The notes beneath the pieces are model-generated. The model was given only the letters and a program-made list of their open reading frames with translations. It ran no database searches and was not told the origin of the DNA. A stretch of DNA of 64,000 nucleotides from an uncultured Planctomycetaceae bacterium (lineage in GTDB: Bacteria > Planctomycetota > Planctomycetia > Planctomycetales > Planctomycetaceae): contig CAWFGE010000013.1 of assembly GCA_963815195.1 (NCBI GenBank), positions 768,001-832,000 on the forward strand, written 5' to 3'. Below are positions 1-10,200 of this stretch, piece after piece. Every line of letters starts with the position of its first letter. The first letter of the stretch is position 1. Position numbers and translations under genes: made by a program.

Positions 1-99
1 TGCGTTGGCCGGCGGTTCGGCGTTTTGCGGCGCACAGCCGGCGCAGAGGAGCGCGAACCCGGCTACAAATCCGAAGCGAACTCGGAGGCAATCCAACAC
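1..99 (-). CDS. N-terminus of a small predicted lipoprotein (runs off the window edge), downstream partner of the DUF1559 gene
   Basis: Manual translation from GTG at 99: MLDCLRVRFGFVAGFALLCAGCAPQNAEPPANA. It has a hydrophobic stretch and lipobox-like CAGC, and small lipoproteins commonly follow DUF1559 genes in planctomycetes. Not in the ORF track. Confidence 0.55.
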   Translation of the reverse strand, partial: MLDCLRVRFGFVAGFALLCAGCAPQNAEPPANA

Positions 100-162
100 A
101 ACACGCGCTCATGAACCGCAGGGAAGGACCGAAGGATTGAGCCAACGGGATTCTTGGGGGTG

Positions 163-1188
163 TCAGAATCCTCCAACAATGTCGTTGCCGTCGCGACTGC
201 CCAAAGCCCACCAGACATTGATGGAGATGTTGTCGCTGGCGAATCGCACTGAACCGTCGGCCAATGCGAACTGGGCCCCGCCGGTGTGATAGCTGGAAGC
301 GGACATCGCGGTGTTGCCCCCCCAGTCGCCGTCGTAAGCGTGGCAGGGCTTTTCGTTGGGCCCCATGACGTGGGAATACACTGAGCCGTTTCCCACGAAA
401 GACCAGGCCCAGGAGGCGCCGCGCATTTCGTTCCGCCCGGGATCGGCTTGGGCCATGTTATTCGTCTGATTGATGCAACCCTGCCGCATTTGCTGCGGGC
501 TTCCGAAACTGGTCCAGTCATGCACCTGGTGGTTGGCTTGCCAACTTCCCGCGGGATACGTCCCTGTGGGGGCGATCACAAATTCCGCGTACGCCGCGGT
601 GTTGGAGGCGCCATCGGTGATGTTGCGAAAACTCACCGTGGTATCCGCCGCAACGCCGGGGTCGCCCATGTAGGCGGCGACGCCGTTATGGTCCCCTTGC
701 CGGCCTCGTCCATTGAGGCCCGGCGTGCCGTTGTTGATGGCATAAGTAAAGTTGGCCCGGCCGCCCGCGGTCATGGTGGCGTTGGAAGGGCAATTGAATA
801 TCGGGATCCGCAGGCTCTGCCCCGCGATATTGTCATTCCCAAACCAGCCGCGCGAGTCCCAGGGACGCTGACTGAAGTTCGTCAGCTTATATTCAGGGGA
901 ACGGTCCAGATAGGGGAGCAAAAAGACTTTATCCGAGAAATTGCCGCGCTGGCTTCCGTCGGGATGCCAACCCACGCTGATGGGGAACATCCCATACGTC
1001 GACTGATAGTTGTGCATCGCCAGAACAATCTGCTTGAGATTGTTCTTGCATTGGCTCCGCCGGGCCGCTTCCCGCGCCTGCTGCACCGCGGGCAGCAACA
1101 AGGCGATCAAGATTGCAATGATGGCAATGACGACAAGAAGCTCAATCAGGGTAAAAGCTCTTCGCCACGTTTTGATCTGCCGAATCAT
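163..1188 (-). CDS. DUF1559 domain protein with prepilin-type N-terminal cleavage/methylation motif
   Basis: [44 protein letters not shown] start, ITDGASNT motif, and C-terminal H-X9-DG motif ([16 protein letters not shown]). Confidence 0.97.
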   Translation of the reverse strand: MIRQIKTWRRAFTLIELLVVIAIIAILIALLLPAVQQAREAARRSQCKNNLKQIVLAMHNYQSTYGMFPISVGWHPDGSQRGNFSDKVFLLPYLDRSPEYKLTNFSQRPWDSRGWFGNDNIAGQSLRIPIFNCPSNATMTAGGRANFTYAINNGTPGLNGRGRQGDHNGVAAYMGDPGVAADTTVSFRNITDGASNTAAYAEFVIAPTGTYPAGSWQANHQVHDWTSFGSPQQMRQGCINQTNNMAQADPGRNEMRGASWAWSFVGNGSVYSHVMGPNEKPCHAYDGDWGGNTAMSASSYHTGGAQFALADGSVRFASDNISINVWWALGSRDGNDIVGGF

Positions 1189-1453
1189 ACCCGCCTCCGA
1201 TGGTCAAGAATCTGACTGTTCGAAAAGATGAACCTGTAAGATGAACCATTGGCAAAAACAGCAATCGCTGAATGAAATCCGAAGAGGTGATTTCGATGTT
1301 AGATTTGGGAGTTGGGGATTGTTATGTAGTAGGTAGAATATGTGCCGCAATGTCAAGGATTCTCACGGCGAATCACAATTTTTTGTGAATTTTTCAGCCA
1401 AACCGCTGATCTCAATTCGGACAAAACCTGATCCCGTTTGCCGGGTCGTTCCT

Positions 1454-1525
1454 CAATTCCTTGTCACACCGTGGTTTTTTCAATTCCTTGTCACACCGTG
1501 GTTTTTTCAATTCCTTGTCACACCG
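1454..1525. repeat. 27-bp tandem repeat, about 2.7 copies (CAATTCCTTGTCACACCGTGGTTTTTT)
   Basis: Identical copies begin at 1454, 1481 and 1508, with no unique spacers. Confidence 0.9.
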
Positions 1526-1595
1526 CCTCCGCTCCACGCGAACCGGCAACAGCTGCCTCAAGACTTGCCCCGTACATTTTGCCGCGACAGTTTAA

Positions 1596-2228
1596 CTAAG
1601 GCCCGGCCTTCTTTTCCGGTTCTGATTCGGGTTCCTTATTCTCTGGGGGTGGCTGCCGTCGTTTTTCGCGTTCCCCTTCCAGGTTGAAGACAAACACATT
1701 CTCCTCCGGATCCGAGGTGACCTTCATTCGCAATGGGGAACTGCGATGCGTCAAATACTTTGAGGGAACGAGACCCGCCGGAGGGCCGCCTCCCGTTGAG
1801 GGGCCGAAGCTAAACACCGCCACCACGTGCTCTCCCACATAGGCGCCGGGGTGATACTTCCCGTCAACTTGCGTCATCAATTCGAAGCGGCCGTCTTGAT
1901 CCAGAATCGACAAGCCGCCGAACAGTCCATTGCGGGGATACTCGGTGACGATGCTGCCTTCCGTCACCGGCTTTCCCTTGTACAACACCTGCCCCGTGAC
2001 CTTCACGAGAGGCGGCGTATCGTCCAGAGACAGCAGCCGCTCCCAGGTCAATTGGCCGTCCGGACTGTTCCACCACACGGAAACGAACCACCCCGCGATT
2101 CCCAGTATCAAACCGAAGAGAAGCAGGGGGACCACGAATCGCCTCCGCGGCGGGGCGGCGGACTGAGGCGGGTTGGGTTCGGCGAGAGTTTCGGTTGCGA
2201 AGTCGTTTGGAGGATTGGCATCGCTCAT
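1596..2228 (-). CDS. Membrane-anchored protein with carboxypeptidase-regulatory-like (transthyretin-like) beta domain
   Basis: N-terminal TM segment, then VTGQVLYKGKPV...DQDGRFEL...GAYVGEHVVAV...VPSKY...SPL, typical of planctomycete DUF1559-associated proteins. Confidence 0.8.
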   Translation of the reverse strand: MSDANPPNDFATETLAEPNPPQSAAPPRRRFVVPLLLFGLILGIAGWFVSVWWNSPDGQLTWERLLSLDDTPPLVKVTGQVLYKGKPVTEGSIVTEYPRNGLFGGLSILDQDGRFELMTQVDGKYHPGAYVGEHVVAVFSFGPSTGGGPPAGLVPSKYLTHRSSPLRMKVTSDPEENVFVFNLEGEREKRRQPPPENKEPESEPEKKAGP

Positions 2229-2247
2229 GGTTGGGCCTCAAATGCCA

Positions 2248-4041
2248 TTAAGGAGACGGAAGAGATAGGACGGACGGGAACGTTTTTGACGAGGATGGTT
2301 CGATGATGACATAATGCTCGCCGAATTTCATCCCCTGGACCGTGGAGATCAAACCGCTCGGCCATCGGACTTCCGCGCGGAGCGGCCCCGAACCGATCGC
2401 TTTGGCCACGATCTGCCGCAGGTCGTGCGCGGACAGATAACTTCCGCCGCCTTGGACTTGCTCCACGAACACCCGCCCGCCCGCGGAGACGGTTAACACG
2501 GCACCCACGGCGTCGCGATTGCTTTGCGTTCCCACGAGACGAAGCGAAACCGAATCCCCGCCCGCGCTCGACACGGTGGAGCGATCATTCCGGAGCAAAG
2601 CCGGCGTCTGATCCTGGAGGGTGACGACAATGTCCGTGTCGCCGTCGTTGTCCAAGTCCACCGCCGCCAATCCCCGCCCGGGATGCAGTGCCTCGAAAAA
2701 CGAGCCGACGCCGCGTTTCAATTGATCGAACCGGGTTCTGTTGTTCCGCCATACGATCGTCGGTTGCGCGTAGGGCGAATCTCTTCCCAGGAGTTTCAGG
2801 TTGTCGTCCACGTGGCCGTTGGTCACGATGAGGTCCTTCCAGCCGTCGAGATCGAAATCGACGAACGCGGTGCCCCAGCCGACCCAGGCCTGGCTCCCCG
2901 CGGCCAGTCCCATGGCCCGCGACCGATCGTCAAAGATCGCGGCGTGATTGTTGAGATACAGCGTGTTCGCGTCGCGTTCAAAATTGGTGACGAACAGATC
3001 CCAAAATCCATCGCCGTTGACATCGCCCCCGGCCACGCCCATGCCCGCTTGAGCCGCTCCCTGGAAGCTGTAAGCCGCCCCCGACGCTTCCGAAGCATCT
3101 TGAAACCGTCCGCCGCCCATGTTCAGAAACAGCGCATTGGGATGCAAATCGTTTCCCACGTACAAATCCACCAACCCATCGCGATTCACGTCGGCGGCGA
3201 GCACGCCCTGGGCTCGGCCGGAGCGACTGGCCAACGGCGTTTCTCGGGCGACATTTTGAAACCGCCCGTCTCCCAAGTTCCGGAAGAGGCAGTCCGGTTC
3301 CGGGCGGACCGATTGAGGATGGCAGAAGATCCGCACATTCCGCTCGCGGTCGCCGCAGAAGCGGTTGTCTTCATAGGTCCACTGGGCATAGTTGCAAACG
3401 TAGAGATCCAAAAGCCCATCCTGGTCGTAATCCAAAAACGCGGCCGAGGTGCCCCATTTCTCGTCCGCGGCGCCGGCGAGTTCGCTCACATCCGCGAACG
3501 TTCCGTCCCCGAGGTTCTCGTACAGCCGGTTGGCCCCAAAACACGATACATAGACATCGGGGAAGCCGTCGGCGTTGTAATCGCCCACGGCCAGTCCCGC
3601 GCTGTATCCCGCGTTCGGAAATCCAGCGCCTTCCGTCACGTCGGCAAACTTCCAGGCCCCCAAATTTCGGTACAGCCGATTCCAAGAACGTCCCTTGCGG
3701 GGCGGAAGCGGAAACGGCTGGCCGGAGGCAAAATACAGGTCGTAGCGGCCGTCGAGATCGTAATCGAGCGCGGCCGCGCCGCTGCCGTTTGTCGCCGGAA
3801 ACGGTTTTTCCGGGGAGTTCCCGCTGACGTGCCGGAAGTCGATGCCCGTTTCTTTCATGCGGGTCAAGCGGATGGGGCTCTTGCCCGCTGGAGCGATCTG
3901 TTCGGCGGAATCCTGAGCGCGGGCCGGTCCTGACGAGCGGGGCTCGGAAGGGGCGGACGGTTTTGTGATCCACCAAACCGCCGCGAATCCCAAGCCGCCC
4001 AGAAACCCGATCGCCAACAACCAGCCCGAACGCGAGAACAT
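2248..4041 (-). CDS. CRTAC1 family protein (FG-GAP/VCBS repeats plus ASPIC/UnbV domain)
   Basis: Repeated DxDxDGxxDL motifs (DYDLDGRYDL, DYNADGFPDV, DVNRDGLVDL, DLDNDGDTDI); C-terminal SNRDAVGA...GGGSYLS...VRWPSG. Confidence 0.93.
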   Translation of the reverse strand: MFSRSGWLLAIGFLGGLGFAAVWWITKPSAPSEPRSSGPARAQDSAEQIAPAGKSPIRLTRMKETGIDFRHVSGNSPEKPFPATNGSGAAALDYDLDGRYDLYFASGQPFPLPPRKGRSWNRLYRNLGAWKFADVTEGAGFPNAGYSAGLAVGDYNADGFPDVYVSCFGANRLYENLGDGTFADVSELAGAADEKWGTSAAFLDYDQDGLLDLYVCNYAQWTYEDNRFCGDRERNVRIFCHPQSVRPEPDCLFRNLGDGRFQNVARETPLASRSGRAQGVLAADVNRDGLVDLYVGNDLHPNALFLNMGGGRFQDASEASGAAYSFQGAAQAGMGVAGGDVNGDGFWDLFVTNFERDANTLYLNNHAAIFDDRSRAMGLAAGSQAWVGWGTAFVDFDLDGWKDLIVTNGHVDDNLKLLGRDSPYAQPTIVWRNNRTRFDQLKRGVGSFFEALHPGRGLAAVDLDNDGDTDIVVTLQDQTPALLRNDRSTVSSAGGDSVSLRLVGTQSNRDAVGAVLTVSAGGRVFVEQVQGGGSYLSAHDLRQIVAKAIGSGPLRAEVRWPSGLISTVQGMKFGEHYVIIEPSSSKTFPSVLSLPSP

Positions 4042-4095
4042 GTCTAAATGATCTTCTCCAGGAGTCGTATTTCGAACAAGGACATCGCTGTGACA

Positions 4096-5397
4096 TTAAA
4101 ACTGATGGATCGGCAGGCGATCGAGCGAAGGCAACGGCCCGCGCTCGCGAATCGCGTTCGCCAAGTCGCGGACGAGCGGATCTTTGGCGTCTTCTTTGAT
4201 GAGGCCCGCGGCCACGACCTCGGCTTCCGACCAGTTGCCCGCGCTCGCGAAGCGGTGGGCCAGAATGAACCGCGACCAGAAACTCCGCGGCGCTTCGATC
4301 AGGGCCTGCTCGATGGCCGATTTGCGCTTCTCCGCCTTTCGCAATTCCTCCCCGCGGCGTTGCCATTCGACCGCGAGGCCGTCCTGCTTCAACAGGCGAT
4401 AGGCCCGCTGCATCTCGTAGGCCGTGCTGCTCCGTTCGGCATGGACTTCAATCAACGCCGCGAGCCAGTCCAGGGCTTCTCGAGGGCTTCCCCGCCCCAG
4501 CGCGGCGTTCGCCAACTCTTCGCGGGCATCGTGATTGAGGTGTTCGATTTCGACGGCTTTTTTCCACGCGGCCTCGGCTTTCGCCACGTCCCCCAATTGC
4601 AGAGAGGCTTTTCCCAGACCGACCAACGATTCCGCGGACGGCCGCTCCCGGAGACTGCGGATGAGCAGGTCGCGTGCGGCCTCGGGGTGTCCGCCCTCCA
4701 ACAGGACGGATCCAGACATTGCGAAAAACTCATCGGGACGCACTTGCAAATCTTCCGCGTTGGGGCGAAGCTCGAGCACTTCTTTCCAGGCTTTGATCGC
4801 CGAAGGGACATTCTTTTGGATGCGATGAATCTCGCCCACGAGAACCAAACCTCGCGCTCGATTCCCCGGAATTTCCGCCGCCCGATTGGCCGATTCGAGG
4901 GCTTCGGCGTACCGGCCGAGTTGAATGCGGCAGACGGTGAGTTCATGGAGCGCATCTTCGTTCTCGCCGATTTGTCCCAGCAACAGCACCAGCACGCCTT
5001 CCGCCCGGCTCCATTGAGACAGGTGCAGCAAAGCCGTGGCGTACGCCCGATGGGCGCGGACCGTGTTCGACCCCACCTGATTGAAAATCGCGACCGCCTC
5101 CGCCCAGCGACCCAATCCCGCCAGGGCTTCCGCTTTCAAAACCAAAAACCTCGTGCTCGGTCCCTGCCGGCGTTCAAAGGTTTGGGCCAGATTCCAGGCA
5201 TCCCGATATTCGTGGGCTTCAATCCGCGCATCGATTTCCGCCAAAGGCCGGTCCATCCACCACAACACGCCGCTGATGGAACCCGAAACCAACACCAACA
5301 CCACCGCCAAGAAAACCATCAAGCGCCGGAGTTTTGGGTGCCAGGGCGTTGTTCGTTTGGGAGAGCGCAGACCGCTCGCTTCGGATTCAATAACCAT
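4096..5397 (-). CDS. Membrane-anchored tetratricopeptide repeat protein
   Basis: N-terminal TM helix followed by multiple TPR-like helical repeats (e.g. LGRYAEALESANRAAEIPG, LGDVAKAEAAWKKAVEIEH). Confidence 0.85.
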   Translation of the reverse strand: MVIESEASGLRSPKRTTPWHPKLRRLMVFLAVVLVLVSGSISGVLWWMDRPLAEIDARIEAHEYRDAWNLAQTFERRQGPSTRFLVLKAEALAGLGRWAEAVAIFNQVGSNTVRAHRAYATALLHLSQWSRAEGVLVLLLGQIGENEDALHELTVCRIQLGRYAEALESANRAAEIPGNRARGLVLVGEIHRIQKNVPSAIKAWKEVLELRPNAEDLQVRPDEFFAMSGSVLLEGGHPEAARDLLIRSLRERPSAESLVGLGKASLQLGDVAKAEAAWKKAVEIEHLNHDAREELANAALGRGSPREALDWLAALIEVHAERSSTAYEMQRAYRLLKQDGLAVEWQRRGEELRKAEKRKSAIEQALIEAPRSFWSRFILAHRFASAGNWSEAEVVAAGLIKEDAKDPLVRDLANAIRERGPLPSLDRLPIHQF

Positions 5398-5713
5398 GAC
5401 CGCGAAAAGAGATGAGCATCAAAATGACCGGGGGGGACACAAACATCTTGATCCGCCGCTTTGGGAACGTCAAGTTGAATGCCTCCGCGTGCACGTGGGG
5501 GCGTCAATCCGATGACCGAACACCCCGGGGGAACGAGGCTCGAATTGCGGAGCACCTCACAGACGAAGTCTGGGCGGCAAAGGGGTCTGCCCCGGTTTCT
5601 CATTCCCGGACGGGTTGGTGAAAATCCAGTGGAACCACGAAAGTGTCTTGTTATACTCGTGAACACAATCGCCTCGGAGAATCCAAGTGTAGAATTCTTA
5701 TGGGAGGGACAGC

Positions 5714-7074
5714 TTGAACGACACCCTGTTCTCGTATTGGGAAGGTCCCAAGTCGCCGCTGATCGAGATTTGCCAGGAGTCTTTGTACCGCTGGAATCCG
5801 GGGAACGTGGTCTTTTTGGGGCCGGGCGATGTTCCGCCCGAGATTCTCGAGGAGACCTCGGGCCTTTCGCGGGCCTATCGTTCCGACCTGGTTCGGCTTT
5901 GGGCGCTACTGCATCATGGTGGGATATGGATCGACGCCGACACTCTTTGCGTCGGCGAGGTGACGGAAATCTCGCAGATCCCGGATTTGGATCTGTTTGG
6001 CGTCTATAATCCGCATCAAACGCGGGGCTGGGGCGCGGACGGGATCCTGGGATCGCCTCTCGGCGGCCGCCGGTATTCGCCGGTGCTCAAGGAAATGTAC
6101 GAGGAATGTCGCGACTCGCTGCGGAAGCTGAAATCCGGCAAGAAAATCCGCTATGGCTCGACGTCGGTGGGGCTTGCCTCCGCGGCGTGGAAAACGCATC
6201 GCGGCCAAGCGTGCGTCCGGCGAAAGCAACATTGGCAACTGCATCCCGTGCCTTGGTACCGGGCGCGGAGGGTCTTTTTCCAGAACCACCCCGCGCACAA
6301 ACACGAATTTCGATCGCATTGGAATCCGAATGCCAAGCTCTATCACCTGGGCAATGTCGTGACCAAAGCCTGGCGGAACCATTCACGGAAACAACTTCTT
6401 CGCGGCTCGACGTTCTTGGCTTTTCTCGTGCAGAAGGCGCTTTCGCGCGGGCCGGCCTTACCGGGACGATCGCGCGCAATCCTCAAGCGGCTTCCCGAAG
6501 GGCCGGTTCGGGCGCGGAAGTCGGCGTGTTCCGCGGCGTCAATGCGCGGCATCTGCTGCAACAAAAGAAGAACCTCGAATTGTTGCTCGTGGATTTGTGG
6601 AGCGCTTATCCCGCGGGCGGCTATCGCCAAACGGGCGATTACCAATCCAGGTTTTCGCAGGAGCGTTGGGATTATGTGTTCGAGAAGGTTCTCCCCCGCC
6701 ATCTGGGCTTCGCGAACGACCGGTTTGTCATCGATCGCCGGGACTCGGCGGAAGCCGCCGGGGCTGTCCGCGACCGGGCTTTGGACTTTGTGTTTATCGA
6801 CGGCGACCATTCCTACAAAGCCGTGAGCCGAGACATCACCTGTTGGGCTTCGAAAGTGAAACCCGGGGGCTTCATCGGCGGCCACGACTACAACCATCCC
6901 AAAGAAGGCTCCGGCTACGGCGTCCAAAAAGCCGTGGACCGATTCGCCCGGCAGCTTGCCGTCAAGATCGAAGTCGGCGACGACCGGACCTGGTTTCTTT
7001 CCATCGATCACACGCTCGCCCAGCGCCTTGCCAATCGCCCGGCGGCCGAAGGTCATGCCGCGGCCATCGAATGA
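5714..7074 (+). CDS. Probable fusion of a DXD-type (GT32/capsular polysaccharide synthesis-like) glycosyltransferase and a class I SAM methyltransferase (Methyltransf_24-like); one frameshift near 6510
   Basis: First frame has SYWEG, RSDLVRLWALLHHGGIWIDAD. Second frame has GAEVGVFRG, LDFVFIDGDHSY, VKPGGFIGGHDY. The frames join as LPEGPVR/GAEVG if one base is restored at CGGGCGCGG. GGAGGG precedes the TTG start. Confidence 0.75.
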
Positions 7075-7201
7075 AAAGGCCGAGGCTCACCCGCGTTGCC
7101 TGAGGGGTTTCGCGGAGCCTGTCCCGTTTGCTAACCTGGAAGGCTCACCCTTTGGGATTTTCACTCGGCCTTTTCGGTGGTTTTGATAGAGGACCGTTCT
7201 G

Positions 7202-10200
7202 ATGCGAAGCGCGTGGTTGGTTTTTTTGATGTGTTTGTTCTGTGCGACCGCCCGGGCCGCGGAGCCGGACAACAAGGCGCCCGAGAAGAAAGCCAGCAAA
7301 CCCATCAAGGCCCTGCTGGTGACGGGTGGATGCTGCCACGATTACGACCGGCAGAAATTAATTCTGACCAAAGGCATCTCCGCGCGGGCCAACGTGGAAT
7401 GGACCATCGTGCAGCAAGGCGGCAAGACGACGAATGCCAAGATTCCTCTGTATGAAGATCCCAACTGGGCCAAGGGCTTCGACATCGTCGTGCACAACGA
7501 ATGTTTCTCGAACGTCCCGGACGTGGAATGGGTCGAGCGGATCCTCAAGCCGCACCGCGAAGGCGTGCCCGCGATTTTGATCCACTGCGCGATGCACTGT
7601 TACCGCACGGGCACCGACAAATGGTTCGAGTTCGTCGGCATGCAATCGCCCGGCCACGGGCCGCATTATTCCTACACGGTCGAAAACCTCAAACCCGAGC
7701 ATCCCATCATGGAAGGCTTCGGGCCGCGGTTCGTGGCGCCCAAGGGGGAACTGTATCACTCGATCAAGCTCTGGCCCTCGGCGACGGCGCTCGGCCAGGC
7801 GAAACGCCAATCGGACAACCAGCCGCAAACCTGCATTTGGACCAACGAATACGGCAAGGCCCGCGTGTTCTGCACGACCATCGGCCACTACAACGAAACC
7901 ATGGCCGAGCCCAAGTATCTCGATCTGGTCGCCAGGGGCATGCTCTGGGCTTTGAAGCGGGATCCCAAAAAAGAATTTCAGCCCACCACCAATAAGATCG
8001 ATGAAGAGATCAAAACCCTCATCAATGCTCCGGTGTCTTCCTCTTCCGAAAAGACTTCGCTGCTGCCGCAGAAGTGCTGCGGGGACGGGAACCTTGTCAC
8101 CGATCGGCCCACCAAAGCCAGCAGCGAGGAGACCGGCAAAAAGAATTTCGCGAAGAACGCGGTCGATGGCGATCTGCGAACCCGCTGGTGCGCTGCGGGG
8201 GCTTCGACCGGCGAGACCTGGCAAGTCGAACTCGCGGAGCCGGCCCACGTGCGGTCGTTGCGGATTCACTGGGAAAAGGCGGGGACCGCGTACTGTTACA
8301 AAATCGACGCTTCCAAAGATGGCCAGACCTGGAGCACGATCGTCGATCAGTCGAAAAACAAGAAGGCCGCGAAAATCACGCCGCACGAGGTGGATGTTCC
8401 CGATGCGAAATTTCTGCGGGTGGCGTTTCTGGGTTCGAGCACCGGCGTGTGGGGCAGCTTCTGGGAGTTCGAAGCCTACACGGGCGACCTGCCGGAACTT
8501 CCCGAGGGTCTAATCCGCGAAGCTGGCGATGCCCCCGCCGCGAGCATCGCCGACGTCGAGGCTCCGCCGGGCTTTGATGTCAAGCTGTTCGCCAAACCGC
8601 CGGAGCTGAATTATCCGGTTTGCCTCACCGCGGCCCCCACGGGGGAACTCTTTGTCGGCGTCGATGAGCAAGGTTCGCTGGGCAAGCAGCCGGACCGCGG
8701 GAAAATCCTGCGGCTGATCGATCGCGATGGCGACGGCGAGGCGGAACTCATCAACGAGTTCGCCAAGATCGACCATCCCCGCGGGCTGATTTACGACCAA
8801 GGCACGTTGTGGGTGCTGCATCCGCCGTTTTTGAGCGTGCTTCACGATGATGACCTCGACGGCGTGAGCGATCGCCAGGAAACGCTCATCACGGGCATCA
8901 GCACCGATCAGGTCAACAAGCGCGGAGCCGACCACACCACCAACGGCATCCGCATGGGCATCGACGGTTGGATCTATATTGCGGTCGGGGATTTTGGGTT
9001 TATCAACGCCAAGGGAACCGACGGCAAAACCCTGACACACCGCGGCGGCGGAATCGTGCGGGTCCGGCCCGACGGCACCGAGATGGAACTCTTCTGCCAG
9101 GGCCTTAGAAACATTTATGATGTTTCGATCGATCCCTATCTCAACATTTTCACCCGCGACAACACCAACGACGGCGGCGGCTGGGACATCCGCGTCAGCC
9201 ATATCTTGCAGTCGGCCCATTACGGGTATCCGTCGCTGTTCAAAAACTTCACCGATGAAATCATGCCACCGCTCGGCGACTACGGCGGCGGCTCGGGCTG
9301 CGGGACAATGTATTTCCACGACCTCCGCTGGCCCAAAAAATTCGGCGATGCCCTTTACACCTGCGATTGGGGCCGCAGCGAAGTTTACGTTCACAACCTT
9401 CCCGAAACGCCGCCCACGTTCGCAGGCCATCAGGATGTCTTTCTAAAGATTCCCCGGCCCACCGACATCGATGTGGACGGCAGCGGGCGGATGTACGTCA
9501 GCAGTTGGAAGAACGGCAAGTTCGACTACAGCGGCCCCGACGTGGGCTTCATCGCCCAGATCACTCCCAGCAATTTTCTGCCCAAGCCGTTTCCCCGCCT
9601 GGCCGAGAAATCGGTCCCGGAACTCATCGAGTATTTCGCCTCGCCGAGCGCAGCGTATCGCTTGCACAGCCAGCGTGAAATCCTGCGAAGAGGCCGGGAT
9701 CCGAAAACATCCGAATGGCTAATAGTCATGGCCGCCGATGCCCAGGCTCCCACCTATGCCCGGATCGCGGCGATCTTTACGCTGGGGCAATTGGACGGAG
9801 CCGAGTCGCATCCGCCGCTTTTGAAACTGGCCAAAAACGCCAAGGTCCGCGAGTTCGCATTGAAAGCCCTCACGGACCGCAAAAGCCAATTGCAGGACGT
9901 GCCCGCGGAGCCGTTCGTCGCGGCTCTTCAAGATGAAAACCCCTGGGTGCGGGCGCAGGCCCTGATGAGCCTGGGCCGACTGGGAAAACCCGAAGCGGCC
10001 GAGAAGATCATTCCCCTCACCACCCGGTCGAAAGACGAACCCGCCCCGACCAAGACGCCGCTGTGGAACCAACCGGACCGCGGGCGGGTCATTCCGCATC
10101 TCGCCGTGCAAGCCCTGGTGAAACTCGGGGCCGATGAAGCCTGCCTCAAAGCCCTGGACGGCCCCAATCGCGCGGGGGCCTTATGGGCGCTGCGTTATCT

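Noticed and set aside
1454..1525. Possible CRISPR array
   Set aside because: Head-to-tail identical units with no unique spacers and no cas genes.
5412..5621. 69-aa ORF with DTNILIR (PIN/VapC-like start) or faint transposase-like wording
   Set aside because: The similarity is limited to a few residues and points to conflicting families; it cannot be supported without a search.
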